From the IMG/VR virus record IMGVR_UViG_3300036045_000007: a stretch of DNA of 64,000 bases. One strand, written 5' to 3'. Positions 53,456 through 62,035 of the stretch are shown piece after piece (position 1 is the stretch's first letter; every line of letters begins with the position of its first letter). The notes under the pieces were generated by a model, which made no database searches, was not told the DNA's origin, and saw only the letters and a list, made by a program, of their open reading frames with translations. The position numbers and the translations under genes were made by a program. Origin of the DNA: a virus.

Positions 53456-54219
53456 GCTGGCTTCGCGAGTGCGTTTGCGCCCTAATCGTCGCCCTCCCAT
53501 TCTTCACAGTCCAGGGCCCACCTAAGCAGCCAGAAGTTGTTGTTACTCGGGGCGCGGGCGGCGACTCTCTGATACAGCTTCCGAGCAAGGTGATCGGTGT
53601 CGCTGGCGCACCAATCGAAATTAAAGCGGAGACCACGTGTGAGTATGTCGAATGGTTCCCGCTCGATCCTGGCCTGCACTGTGTTCGACCAGAGCTGTTC
53701 AAGGATTCTAGGCTTGCCGTTGTCTTCGCTCCGGTGAAGGGAGAATATCGGCTCGCCGCGTGGACCGCGTTGAACAACAAGCCGTCGAAGTTGGCGGTCG
53801 TCATCGTCGCGGTTGCTCCACCAGGCCCAGGCCCTGGTCCCGATCCTGGTCCGGGCCCCGGACCAGGGCCGACTCCGATCCCGGTTCCAGTTGATGGACT
53901 TCGCGTGATTTTCGTCTACGAGTCGGCATCGAAGCTCAGCCGCGAACAGCTCAACATCCTCAACTCCACCAAGATCGCCGAGTACCTGAATTCCAAGACG
54001 GTCAAGGACCAGGATGGTCAACCTGGTTGGCGGACTTGGGACAAAGATGTGGACGTGCAGTTCGCCCCGCAGCTCTGGAAAGATTTGTGGGCCTCGACCA
54101 AGCCTCAGTTGAGCAACCTGCCAGCTCTGTTGATCGTGTCCGGCAAAAAGGGCGAAGTCTTTCCCTTACCGGCAACGGAAAGCGAAACCATCGCTCTACT
54201 CCAAAAGTACGGGAAGTGA
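53452..54219 (+). CDS. exported two-domain protein with Pro-Gly linker
   Basis: ATGA coupling upstream. Hydrophobic N-terminus CALIVALPFFTV. PPGPGPGPDPGPGPGPGPTPIPVP linker. C-terminal alpha/beta domain. Confidence 0.5.
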   Translation: MSWLRECVCALIVALPFFTVQGPPKQPEVVVTRGAGGDSLIQLPSKVIGVAGAPIEIKAETTCEYVEWFPLDPGLHCVRPELFKDSRLAVVFAPVKGEYRLAAWTALNNKPSKLAVVIVAVAPPGPGPGPDPGPGPGPGPTPIPVPVDGLRVIFVYESASKLSREQLNILNSTKIAEYLNSKTVKDQDGQPGWRTWDKDVDVQFAPQLWKDLWASTKPQLSNLPALLIVSGKKGEVFPLPATESETIALLQKYGK

Positions 54220-54222
54220 TCT

Positions 54223-55014
54223 ATGGGTTTTACCAGCAAGCTGTACCCAAACGAACCGATTTGGGATGAATCAACTCCTGACCGCGTGACTCATGCCTCG
54301 GAATTCGGTCGTGGCCTGCGTCTCGATCTGCGAAGCACGCCGTTTGGCGACATCCCCTGTGCTCCTGCGTTCCCGCAAGAACTTCTGATCCCTGAGTCCG
54401 ACGTCGAAGGATGGATCAAGGAGAAGGAAGAGCGGCAAAATCGGATCAGCGATCATTGCAACAAGTTCGGCCTGCCTCACAAGGACCAGGCGCAGACGAA
54501 CTACTGCTGGATCAACGCGCCGGTTCACTGCGTTGAGATCATCCGCCTGTTGCAACATCAGCAGATGGTTATTCTCTCGCCCGCGAGCTGCGGTGCGAAG
54601 ATCAAGGGGTTCCGCAATCAAGGCGGGTGGGGACAAGAGGGTCTCGAATACATTGTCGAAAACGGCGTCGTGCCGGTGAGCATGTGGCCAGCCAACGCCA
54701 TTGATCGGCAGTACGACAAGCCAGAGTTTTGGGCCGAAGCGAAAAAGTACCGAGTCACGGAATGGATGGAGTGTCGGCCACGAAGTTGGATCGAACTCGT
54801 CTCTTGTTTGCTCCGCAACATTCCGGTCGCCGTGGGCTACAATTGGTGGAGCCACGAAGTAACGGCGTGCGACGTTGTTTGGATCGACGGCACGTCGGAG
54901 CTGCGAATCAGGAACTCGTGGAAGGGTTGGGGCGAGAACGGCTTCGGCATCCTTCGCGGAAGCAAGAAGCTGGCCGACGATCAAGTTGCGCCGCGCGTCG
55001 CGATGGCGGCGTAA
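54223..55014 (+). CDS. papain-family (C1) cysteine peptidase
   Basis: Gln at -6 and Cys-Trp (QAQTNYCWINA), His (WWSHEVTACDV) and Asn-Ser-Trp (IRNSWKGWGENGFG) reproduce the papain catalytic signature. No signal peptide. Confidence 0.8.
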   Translation: MGFTSKLYPNEPIWDESTPDRVTHASEFGRGLRLDLRSTPFGDIPCAPAFPQELLIPESDVEGWIKEKEERQNRISDHCNKFGLPHKDQAQTNYCWINAPVHCVEIIRLLQHQQMVILSPASCGAKIKGFRNQGGWGQEGLEYIVENGVVPVSMWPANAIDRQYDKPEFWAEAKKYRVTEWMECRPRSWIELVSCLLRNIPVAVGYNWWSHEVTACDVVWIDGTSELRIRNSWKGWGENGFGILRGSKKLADDQVAPRVAMAA

Positions 55015-55089
55015 GAGGCTTGCCGCTCGGCGGGTCATCTTCTATACAGCCATAGCGTCAATTTGGCGACATTTACGAAAGGAGTGCCA

Positions 55090-55440
55090 ATGGCGGACTT
55101 TCATCCGTTGCCGGAAACATTTCCGGTAGTGCAGATCATCGCAGCGGTTCGGGACATCAAGAAGAAGAAACAGACCGGGGCACGTGCTGTTTGGCATGGC
55201 GCCGGGTACGGCATCAACAAGCTCGTGAAGGACGACGAGCCAATCCTGGGCTTGACCGCACAGGAAGAGAAAGACCTTGACCTGCTCTGCGACCGCGCAC
55301 TGGCTGTGTTGGAATCGACTGGCCGATCTGTCGGTGCGGAAACTGAGGGCGGGGTCGCAGCCGGGGCGATCACCATTGAAACGGTGATGTCCGTCCTCAT
55401 CCCGATCTTGCTCAAGATTTGGCCGATTCTCAATAAGTAA
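55090..55440 (+). CDS. hypothetical protein with hydrophobic C-terminal tail
   Basis: 116 aa from the ATG at 55090 (AAAGGAG upstream). Ends VMSVLIPILLKIWPILNK. A GGCGACATTT box variant lies at 55065-55074. Confidence 0.45.
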   Translation: MADFHPLPETFPVVQIIAAVRDIKKKKQTGARAVWHGAGYGINKLVKDDEPILGLTAQEEKDLDLLCDRALAVLESTGRSVGAETEGGVAAGAITIETVMSVLIPILLKIWPILNK

Positions 55441-55504
55441 AATCAGGCTCGGCACGTTGCCAGCCTGTCGGAGTGTTCAGGAAAGACTCATTAAGGAGTT
55501 TCAG

Positions 55505-55960
55505 ATGGTAGCTCGACTCATTGTAGTTCTCGCCGCTGCATTAGCGGTGCCAGCGTTTGCGTTCGCCGACGACCAGAAATTCGACATCACCAAGCCGAAG
55601 GCAGACGCGAAAGCAGCATGTGTGTGCGGCCCCAATTGTCCCTGTGCTCCATGTGATTGTCCAACAGGCACGACGATGACGCTCGTGTGGGACGGTCAAT
55701 CATGGAAGAAGACTGGCGGCGTCGCGTCAGGTCCGGTGAATTGCGCGGCTCAGCAAACGTACTACTACAGCCATTCCTACGGGCACGGTTGCAACGGCGG
55801 TCATGCCTCGTATGGCTGTAACGGCGGCGGTCATGGAAGCTATGGTAATGGTTACGGCTGCGCTGGCGGTCACGGCGGCGGTTTATTCGGTCGCCGTGGT
55901 CATGGCGGCGGCATCTTCGGAGGCGGTTGTGGGCTCTTGGGTCGTCGCGGCGGCTGTTAG
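55505..55960 (+). CDS. secreted Cys/Gly/His-rich protein (metallothionein-like CxC cluster)
   Basis: ATG at 55505 after TAAGGAG. Signal peptide MVARLIVVLAAALAVPAFAFA. CVCGPNCPCAPCDCP cluster. C-terminal GHGCNGGHASYGCNGGGHGSYGNGYGCAGGHGGG..GRRGGC. Confidence 0.55.
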   Translation: MVARLIVVLAAALAVPAFAFADDQKFDITKPKADAKAACVCGPNCPCAPCDCPTGTTMTLVWDGQSWKKTGGVASGPVNCAAQQTYYYSHSYGHGCNGGHASYGCNGGGHGSYGNGYGCAGGHGGGLFGRRGHGGGIFGGGCGLLGRRGGC

Positions 55961-55986
55961 ATTCAGGCCCAACCTGTTGTTGAAAT

Positions 55987-56020
55987 GCAGGCCAGCTTTC
56001 CGAAAGGCGAGCTGGCCTGC
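55987..56020 (+). terminator. terminator-like hairpin (11-bp stem, GAAA-capped)
   Basis: GCAGGCCAGCT-TTCCGAAAGGCG-AGCTGGCCTGC. The U-tract is weak (TGTGCTT). Confidence 0.5.
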
Positions 56021-56025
56021 TGTGC

Positions 56026-56054
56026 TTGACGGGACTGTCGCCGATTGGTAAACA
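56026..56054 (+). promoter_or_regulatory. sigma70-like promoter (TTGACG-17-TAAACA)
   Basis: TTGACGGGACTGTCGCCGATTGGTAAACA. The spacer contains CTGTCGCC, the inverted form of the GGCGACAG box. Confidence 0.45.
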
Positions 56055-56076
56055 AAGCGTAACCAATGGGGGTTGC

Positions 56077-57036
56077 ATGGCGGGCGAAGATCGCAGCACG
56101 TTCATAGGCGGTTCCGACATCGCCGATCTCATTGGCCAGCCGCCGTGGGGATGCAAGCGGAAAATCTATTACGAAAAGCGTGGCATCCCCGCCGACTTTC
56201 CATTCACCGGCAATCGCCACACCAGGCGCGGCCAGAAGCTCGAAGCAATCGCCGTCGCCGAGTACACCGAAGTCACAAGCCGCAAGACGCAGAAGATGGG
56301 CTTTCGGGCAAATGCGACGAAGCCTTGGCGTGCCGTCCATGTTGATCGTGTGATTTGGGATGTCGCGAACGGACCGTTCGCGGCGCATGGTCGCGGCGTG
56401 CTCGAAGTGAAATGCCCAGGTCGCGAGCAATTCTACCGCATTCGGATGGCTGGCCTGCCGCTCACCTACGAGATGCAGCTCCAGTGGGGCATGGCCAACG
56501 TCGGTTTGAAGTGGGGGTCGATCAACATATTCCACGCCGACTCGTGGACTATGATCGTCGAGGACAAGGAGCGGGACGACGAATTCTGCGATCTGCTCTT
56601 GGCCGAGGCCGACGAGTTGTGGGAAAAGGTGAGTAAGGACAAAGCAGACGACTCGCTCGCGTCGATCCCTGAGAAGCTCAACCCTCACGATCCGCGTTGC
56701 AAAACGTGTCCGTGGCGAACCGTTTGTCAGAAGATCGGCGCCACGCCAGAAGAGCTGCACGAGCAAGAGAAGGTCGAGGGCGATGCCATCGAAAGGGACG
56801 AAACGCTTGCTGAGTCCGTTCAGGAATACCACGACCTCGGAGAGATTGCCAGCGAAGCCAAAAAGCTCTACGAAGAGGCAAGGAACCAACTCTTTGCTAA
56901 ACTGAATGGGCGAAAATGTGTGGACACTGGCACCGGCAAACCACTCGTCTACGTGCGGACGGTGAAGATGCCAGCTCGCACGCAGAATGCGTTTCAATAC
57001 GACAGAATCTACATCCGTTTCCCCAAGGAGGAATGA
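56077..57036 (+). CDS. YqaJ-type (lambda-Exo-like, PD-(D/E)XK) recombination exonuclease
   Basis: FIGGSDIADLIGQPPWGCKRKIYYEKRG N-terminus and HVDRV..GVLEVKCPG catalytic pattern. Confidence 0.75.
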   Translation: MAGEDRSTFIGGSDIADLIGQPPWGCKRKIYYEKRGIPADFPFTGNRHTRRGQKLEAIAVAEYTEVTSRKTQKMGFRANATKPWRAVHVDRVIWDVANGPFAAHGRGVLEVKCPGREQFYRIRMAGLPLTYEMQLQWGMANVGLKWGSINIFHADSWTMIVEDKERDDEFCDLLLAEADELWEKVSKDKADDSLASIPEKLNPHDPRCKTCPWRTVCQKIGATPEELHEQEKVEGDAIERDETLAESVQEYHDLGEIASEAKKLYEEARNQLFAKLNGRKCVDTGTGKPLVYVRTVKMPARTQNAFQYDRIYIRFPKEE

Positions 57037-57446
57037 CGATGGCGAAGCAGGAACTATCACTGTCGAACCTCAAGAACCTGGACTTCGGACGGATCGACGA
57101 AGCGTTCAAACAAGAGCTGAAGCGCGTTGTCGATGATTGCATGGACCGTCCGGGTCTCCAGAAAACCAGGGACATCACGATCAAATTCATATTCGCTCCC
57201 GTCGTGAACGCGGCGTCTATCGGTGGGCAGCAGATCGACTGCGATGCCATTAAATGCGGCGTTGAAGTTCAGAGCGGCATTCCAAAGCGCCGCACGCGCG
57301 TTTACGAAATGGCTCCGATCCAAGGCGGGAAGTTGGCGTTCAATCCAGACTCACCAGAAGACGCCAACGCGAAGACACTGTACGACGCCGATGAACGGCG
57401 TCAGGATGAAACCGAGGCGCCCAAAAGCGAAGGAGAGAACCAGTGA
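57033..57446 (+). CDS. hypothetical protein
   Basis: 137 aa, AAGGAGGA upstream, ATGA overlap with the exonuclease stop. Confidence 0.5.
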   Translation: MTMAKQELSLSNLKNLDFGRIDEAFKQELKRVVDDCMDRPGLQKTRDITIKFIFAPVVNAASIGGQQIDCDAIKCGVEVQSGIPKRRTRVYEMAPIQGGKLAFNPDSPEDANAKTLYDADERRQDETEAPKSEGENQ

Positions 57447-58213
57447 GCGAACTTGGCGCGGAAGCCATTTTGGAGATCGAACGTCTGTCGAGGGCGGCGA
57501 TTGAGCCGAACCTATTTGAGACCAACGACGGGAAGCACATTCGCTGGCTGAGGAAGCAGGACGGCTCAGTCGAACGGATGCCGGACCGGGTGCCCGAACC
57601 GTGGGACGTGACCTTACTGACGCTGGACCAATTCATCGGATTCGTGCAGGCGAATCTGCAAACTATCAACAACATTTTTGTTGGGCCCGATGAAATCGTT
57701 TGGTACAAGGACACCGAGCTGAGGCTTGAGAAGGCGGCGATGCCTCTCAAGCTCGATCCGCGCTACGAGAAGATGACGCAGTGGACCAATGGAGCTTCAG
57801 GGTTGAAGGACCAGAAAGACTTCCTGCGGATGCTTCTCATTGATCTCTACGGCTGTGGTGTGTCGAAGGATTTTATCGCCACGGTGAGGACGCTGAAGTT
57901 CCAAAACAGCAGTGAAGTCGGCGGCAACATCCAGGCTGGCTCAGAGCAGATGGGCAAAACCATCAACGCAGCGGTCGCCGGTGCTGACAAGCTGCCAGAG
58001 ACGACTCAGCTCAAGATGAAAGTCTACGAGGATTTCGAGGACACGGAGACCATCATCTGCGCCGTCGAGCCACAGCTCGATAAGGCGAAACTCCAACTGA
58101 TCGCTTTGCCAGGCGAGTTGGTGAAGGCACGCAACACGATCCTCAGCAACATGGCCGATCAGATCAAACAGGAAATTCCGTCCGCCCGCGTTTACCTCGG
58201 CATGATCGCCTGA
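57443..58213 (+). CDS. DUF2303/YfdQ-like protein
   Basis: 256 aa, GTGA overlap. Size and position between the exonuclease and the annealase fit YfdQ-like prophage proteins. Weak motif memory only. Confidence 0.4.
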   Translation: MSELGAEAILEIERLSRAAIEPNLFETNDGKHIRWLRKQDGSVERMPDRVPEPWDVTLLTLDQFIGFVQANLQTINNIFVGPDEIVWYKDTELRLEKAAMPLKLDPRYEKMTQWTNGASGLKDQKDFLRMLLIDLYGCGVSKDFIATVRTLKFQNSSEVGGNIQAGSEQMGKTINAAVAGADKLPETTQLKMKVYEDFEDTETIICAVEPQLDKAKLQLIALPGELVKARNTILSNMADQIKQEIPSARVYLGMIA

Positions 58214-58241
58214 TCCATCTTTCCCTTGGGAGTTTTTTCAA

Positions 58242-59402
58242 ATGAGTGGCAACAGTATGGTGAAGACGCCAGAGGTTATCCATGCTGGCGTCCCTTCGGT
58301 TCACCGTGGCACCAGCACGGAAGTCGCCGTAGTCGCCAGCCAGGAAGCCGTCTTGCAGGAAGTTCAAGGGGCGATCATGGTCGCTCAGCGGTTCAAGCGA
58401 GACGAAGACCTGGCCTACCAGCGTCTCATGAAGTCGTGCGACCGACCATCGTTCGCCGAGGATGTCGAATACAGTTACCCACGTGGCGGGCAAACGATCA
58501 GCGGCGCGTCGATCTACTTCGCTCGCGAAGCCGCTCGCGTGTTCGGCAACATTCGGCACGGCGGCGAGATCATCCACGACGACGAGATGACGCGGGTTAT
58601 CCAGGCGTGGGCTTGGGACATGGAAAACAACACCAAGTCCGTGGCTCAGGATTCGTTCAAGAAAGTGGTTCAGCGGAAGGACCACAAATCTGGCGTTACT
58701 TCCTGGGTGACACCGGATGAGAGGGATTTGCGCGAACTTACCAACAACCGCATGGCCCGACTTAAACGCAACTGCATCCTCGAACTCATTCCGCCAGATT
58801 GGATCGACGAGGCCCGCCAGCGCGCGCGGCAGACCATCGAGAAGAAGATTAAGGACGATCCAGATGCGACACGCAAGATGCTGTTGAACGCCTTCGCCGT
58901 GTTGAACGTCGGCGCCGATCAGCTCAAGCAATTTCTCGGCTGCGCGATCTCGAACGCGAGTCCGGCACAGCTCGCCGAGCTGCGGAATATGTACGCCGCA
59001 ATTCGAGACGGCCAGGCGACGTGGCAGGATTACGTCGATGCTCCTGACGACCCTGGTTCGGCCAAGGATCAGGTGAAGGAGAAGTTGAAGAAGCAACGCG
59101 CGAAGAAAGAAACCCAGGGCGACGGCAACAAACCGCCTGAGCAGCCGCCAGCGGAGAAGCCGCCAGAAAAACCGCCTGAACCTGCCAAGGCCGATAGCTC
59201 GCCTCCACCGACAGCAGGGAAGCCGACCGATATGATCCGACCGGATCAGAGCAAGACGCTGCTCGATCTGATGAATGTGTCCGACGCTGCCAAGGAAATG
59301 GGCAAGAAGCAAATCGAACGGTGGGGCCTGGCATCGTTCGATGACATGAACCAGGGAGCTGCCGATCAGCTCATCGAAATGCTCAAGGGTGGAAAAAAGT
59401 GA
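58242..59402 (+). CDS. RecT/Red-beta-like single-strand annealing protein
   Basis: YPRGGQTISGASIYFAREAARVFGNIRHG core. Partner of the YqaJ exonuclease. Pro/Lys-rich C-terminal tail. Confidence 0.55.
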   Translation: MSGNSMVKTPEVIHAGVPSVHRGTSTEVAVVASQEAVLQEVQGAIMVAQRFKRDEDLAYQRLMKSCDRPSFAEDVEYSYPRGGQTISGASIYFAREAARVFGNIRHGGEIIHDDEMTRVIQAWAWDMENNTKSVAQDSFKKVVQRKDHKSGVTSWVTPDERDLRELTNNRMARLKRNCILELIPPDWIDEARQRARQTIEKKIKDDPDATRKMLLNAFAVLNVGADQLKQFLGCAISNASPAQLAELRNMYAAIRDGQATWQDYVDAPDDPGSAKDQVKEKLKKQRAKKETQGDGNKPPEQPPAEKPPEKPPEPAKADSSPPPTAGKPTDMIRPDQSKTLLDLMNVSDAAKEMGKKQIERWGLASFDDMNQGAADQLIEMLKGGKK

Positions 59403-59752
59403 AAAAGACGAAGATGGACCTGTGGCGTGAACGAAACCCACTTTATCAGTGGCTCGACCAGCGACCGCGCTACGGTGCCATCAATCGTCTCGCAACTGCG
59501 TTGGGTGTGCGACGGCAGACCATTCATAAATGGCTCGCCGGGTTGCTTTGCCCAACTCAACCGAATTTCGTTCGGCTGACCGAACACACCGGCATTGAAT
59601 ACTCGGTGTGGTCAAGCTGGATGGATCGACGCCCAGGATCACGGAGTCTTCGCACTAGGAGGAAACGCTATGGGGTCAAGGGAGACCTCAAAGCAAATGG
59701 CGTTGGACATGCCACTGTTCGGAGAAAGCGCGCCGCCAGAAGAAAAGCCTGA
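59399..59752 (+). CDS. Cro/YdaS-like HTH protein
   Basis: GAINRLATALGVRRQTIHKWLAG helix-turn-helix. GTGA overlap upstream. The Arg-rich tail overlaps the next gene by 83 nt. Confidence 0.45.
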   Translation: MKKTKMDLWRERNPLYQWLDQRPRYGAINRLATALGVRRQTIHKWLAGLLCPTQPNFVRLTEHTGIEYSVWSSWMDRRPGSRSLRTRRKRYGVKGDLKANGVGHATVRRKRAARRKA

Positions 59753-60077
59753 GCCCAAACCAAAACTACTATCTGCCCTCGACCAAGGCTTCCTTGCGTT
59801 TTGGGCGATCTATCCGCGACGGGTAGCAAAAGCAGCGGCGCGCAAGGCGTGGGGACACCTGAAGCCATCACCGGCGCTTCTCGCCACGATCATCGCAGAT
59901 GTGACCAGGAAACGGTCATCGACGCAATGGTGTCGCGAGAACGGCCAGTTCGTTCCCTATCCAGCCACGTACATCAACGGACGACGTTGGGAAGACGAGG
60001 ACCAGCGCAGTAACGCTTCATCAGGTGAAAGGTACGACGCGGAAGATGCAAGGCGTCTCTACGGATCAACAGGCTGA
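59670..60077 (+). CDS. replication-associated protein (replisome-organiser-like)
   Basis: ATG at 59670 after AGGAGGAA. FLAFWAIYPRRVAKAAARKAW..FVPYPATYINGRRWEDE is a motif common upstream of phage DnaC-like loaders. Confidence 0.5.
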   Translation: MGSRETSKQMALDMPLFGESAPPEEKPEPKPKLLSALDQGFLAFWAIYPRRVAKAAARKAWGHLKPSPALLATIIADVTRKRSSTQWCRENGQFVPYPATYINGRRWEDEDQRSNASSGERYDAEDARRLYGSTG

Positions 60078-60717
60078 GCTGATTCGCAATGAAGAGAACC
60101 GCCGTCGCTCGCGGCTGTTCACAGCGCTGAGCAAGCAGCTCGGCGAGCGATACCTGCCGGAATGCGTCGGCCTCTTGCAATACATGGTGCAGCATCAAGG
60201 GCAGCAGGAAGTCAAGGCGTACTGTGAGAAGTTGGCCGACAGGTTGGATGAAGTCGTGCGGCGCGGTGAGTCGGTGGTTTGGATGGGGCCAATCGGAACC
60301 GGCAAAGATCACCTGATGGCATCACTGCTCTACGTCGCGGTCGGCAAGTTCGGGATCGAGTGCAGTTGGATAGATGGTCAAGAATGGTACTCGCAAACGC
60401 GGGACAACATCAAAAAGAAGGCGTTAGAAGAGGAGGCTCTGCGTCCGTTGCTGCGACCAGGCATCCTTGCAATTTCTGATCCTGTGCCTCCTGCCGGGCG
60501 TGATCTCGGCGACTGGAACGCAACCCAACTGTCGCGCGTGATCGAGCTTCGCTACCGTCAAATGAAGCCGACGTGGATGACGACGAACATGGCTTCGATA
60601 GACCAGTTGGCCTCACGCATCGGTGAACCGGCTTGCGACCGGCTACGAGATCGCGGACACTTTATAAAGTGTCAATGGCCCTCGTTTCGGAAAACCATGT
60701 ATGCGCCGAGAACCTGA
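60025..60717 (+). CDS. DnaC/IstB-like AAA+ helicase loader
   Basis: Walker A GPIGTGKDHL, Walker B ILAISDP. The start may be the ATG at 60046. Confidence 0.7.
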   Translation: MKGTTRKMQGVSTDQQAELIRNEENRRRSRLFTALSKQLGERYLPECVGLLQYMVQHQGQQEVKAYCEKLADRLDEVVRRGESVVWMGPIGTGKDHLMASLLYVAVGKFGIECSWIDGQEWYSQTRDNIKKKALEEEALRPLLRPGILAISDPVPPAGRDLGDWNATQLSRVIELRYRQMKPTWMTTNMASIDQLASRIGEPACDRLRDRGHFIKCQWPSFRKTMYAPRT

Positions 60718-61168
60718 GACGGAACTCAAAGACACGATCCATGCACGGTTGCAGAGCCGGTTCGAGCTTGACCAGGTGACAGGCTGCTGGATTTACGTCG
60801 GCGCCTGGGCAGACGATGGCCGGGGCATGATCCGTGTTGGAGGCAAGAAGTACAGTGTCGCCAAGGTCTCTGCGTGGCTGTTCGAGGGCATCGACCTTAA
60901 TGATGACTGCTACGTCTACCACGACCCTCGGCGCTGTAGGGCGCCAGCGTGTTGGAATCCTCACCATCTCCGCATCGCGGATCGCGCAACAGCATTTGCA
61001 CACCTGCGACGGCATGGACTTTGGGGCAACAGTTTGATCGACCGCTCGACGGCGGACTACATGCGGTTGCAGGCGACGACGATGCCAGAGCGGGAGATCG
61101 CTGAGTACCACGATGTCAACGAGCGCCTGGTCGGCTCAGTGTTGAGTAGACGAACATGGGCTTCATGA
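60701..61168 (+). CDS. HNH endonuclease with C-terminal HTH
   Basis: GCWIYVGAWADDGRGMIRVGGKKYSVAKVSAW..YHDPRRCRAPACWNPHHL pattern. Confidence 0.6.
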   Translation: MRREPETELKDTIHARLQSRFELDQVTGCWIYVGAWADDGRGMIRVGGKKYSVAKVSAWLFEGIDLNDDCYVYHDPRRCRAPACWNPHHLRIADRATAFAHLRRHGLWGNSLIDRSTADYMRLQATTMPEREIAEYHDVNERLVGSVLSRRTWAS

Positions 61169-61485
61169 AACCAAAGGAAGGCGACTTGGTAAAGCAAGTC
61201 ATCGCCTACCTGAACCTCCGCCGCGTATTCGCCTGGCGGCAAAACCAGGGAGCCGTGGCCAGCACGCACAAAGGCAAGCGGTCCTTCGTCAGATTCGCTG
61301 GCGTCGAAGGCATTTCGGACATCATCGGCATTCTTCCTGGCGGACGCTTCCTGGCAATCGAAACGAAGGTGCGTCCCAACAAACCGACGAAGGTGCAACG
61401 AGCATTTTTGGACGCTGTGACCTTGGCGGGCGGTTTGGCCATCGTTGCTTATGATCTCGACGACGTGATCCAGGTGATACCGTGA
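61156..61485 (+). CDS. VRR-NUC domain nuclease
   Basis: VFAWRQNQG..GISDIIGILPGGRFLAIETKV..KVQRAFL contains the D..E.K core of VRR-NUC. Confidence 0.8.
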   Translation: MGFMKPKEGDLVKQVIAYLNLRRVFAWRQNQGAVASTHKGKRSFVRFAGVEGISDIIGILPGGRFLAIETKVRPNKPTKVQRAFLDAVTLAGGLAIVAYDLDDVIQVIP

Positions 61486-61961
61486 ATCGCGAGACATTGA
61501 AATGCCTGAGCCTCACGCAACCCTGGGCGACCTTGGTAGTGACGGGCGTCAAGCTGATCGAGACGCGGCGATGGCGGACAGACTGGCGCGGCATTCTGCT
61601 CGCGATCCATGCAGCCAAAGCGTTCCCGGCCCAGGCTCGACTGCTCTGCACGCAAGAGCCATTCTGCGCCGCGCTCAGCGCCTACTGCGGCGTCAACGAC
61701 ATCGCCGAGCTTCCCCTCGGCGCGGTGATCGGAGCCACCAGGCTCGACGACTGCAAGCCAACGAAAGACCTTGTTGGCGTCGTCTCGAAGACAGAGCGGG
61801 CTTTCGGCGACTTCACCGTTGGCCGCTTCGGGTGGGTGTTGAAGGACGCCATGCGGCTGGCTGAGCCGATCAAAGTTCGCGGGCGCCTGAGCTTGTGGGA
61901 CTTGCCCGAGTACATCGAAGGCCAGGTCTTGGATCAGTGGGAGCGGGCGCATGCAAGTTAG
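61482..61961 (+). CDS. ASCH (PUA-like) domain protein
   Basis: LSLTQPWATLVVTGVKLIETRRW N-terminus typical of ASCH. GTGA overlap. Confidence 0.7.
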   Translation: MNRETLKCLSLTQPWATLVVTGVKLIETRRWRTDWRGILLAIHAAKAFPAQARLLCTQEPFCAALSAYCGVNDIAELPLGAVIGATRLDDCKPTKDLVGVVSKTERAFGDFTVGRFGWVLKDAMRLAEPIKVRGRLSLWDLPEYIEGQVLDQWERAHAS

Positions 61962-62035
61962 AGCGCCGACAACTAAGCGTGGAAGAGATGCGGAATTCTG
62001 GCGTGAGTATCGCCGAAAACGAAAGGAGCGCGCCA

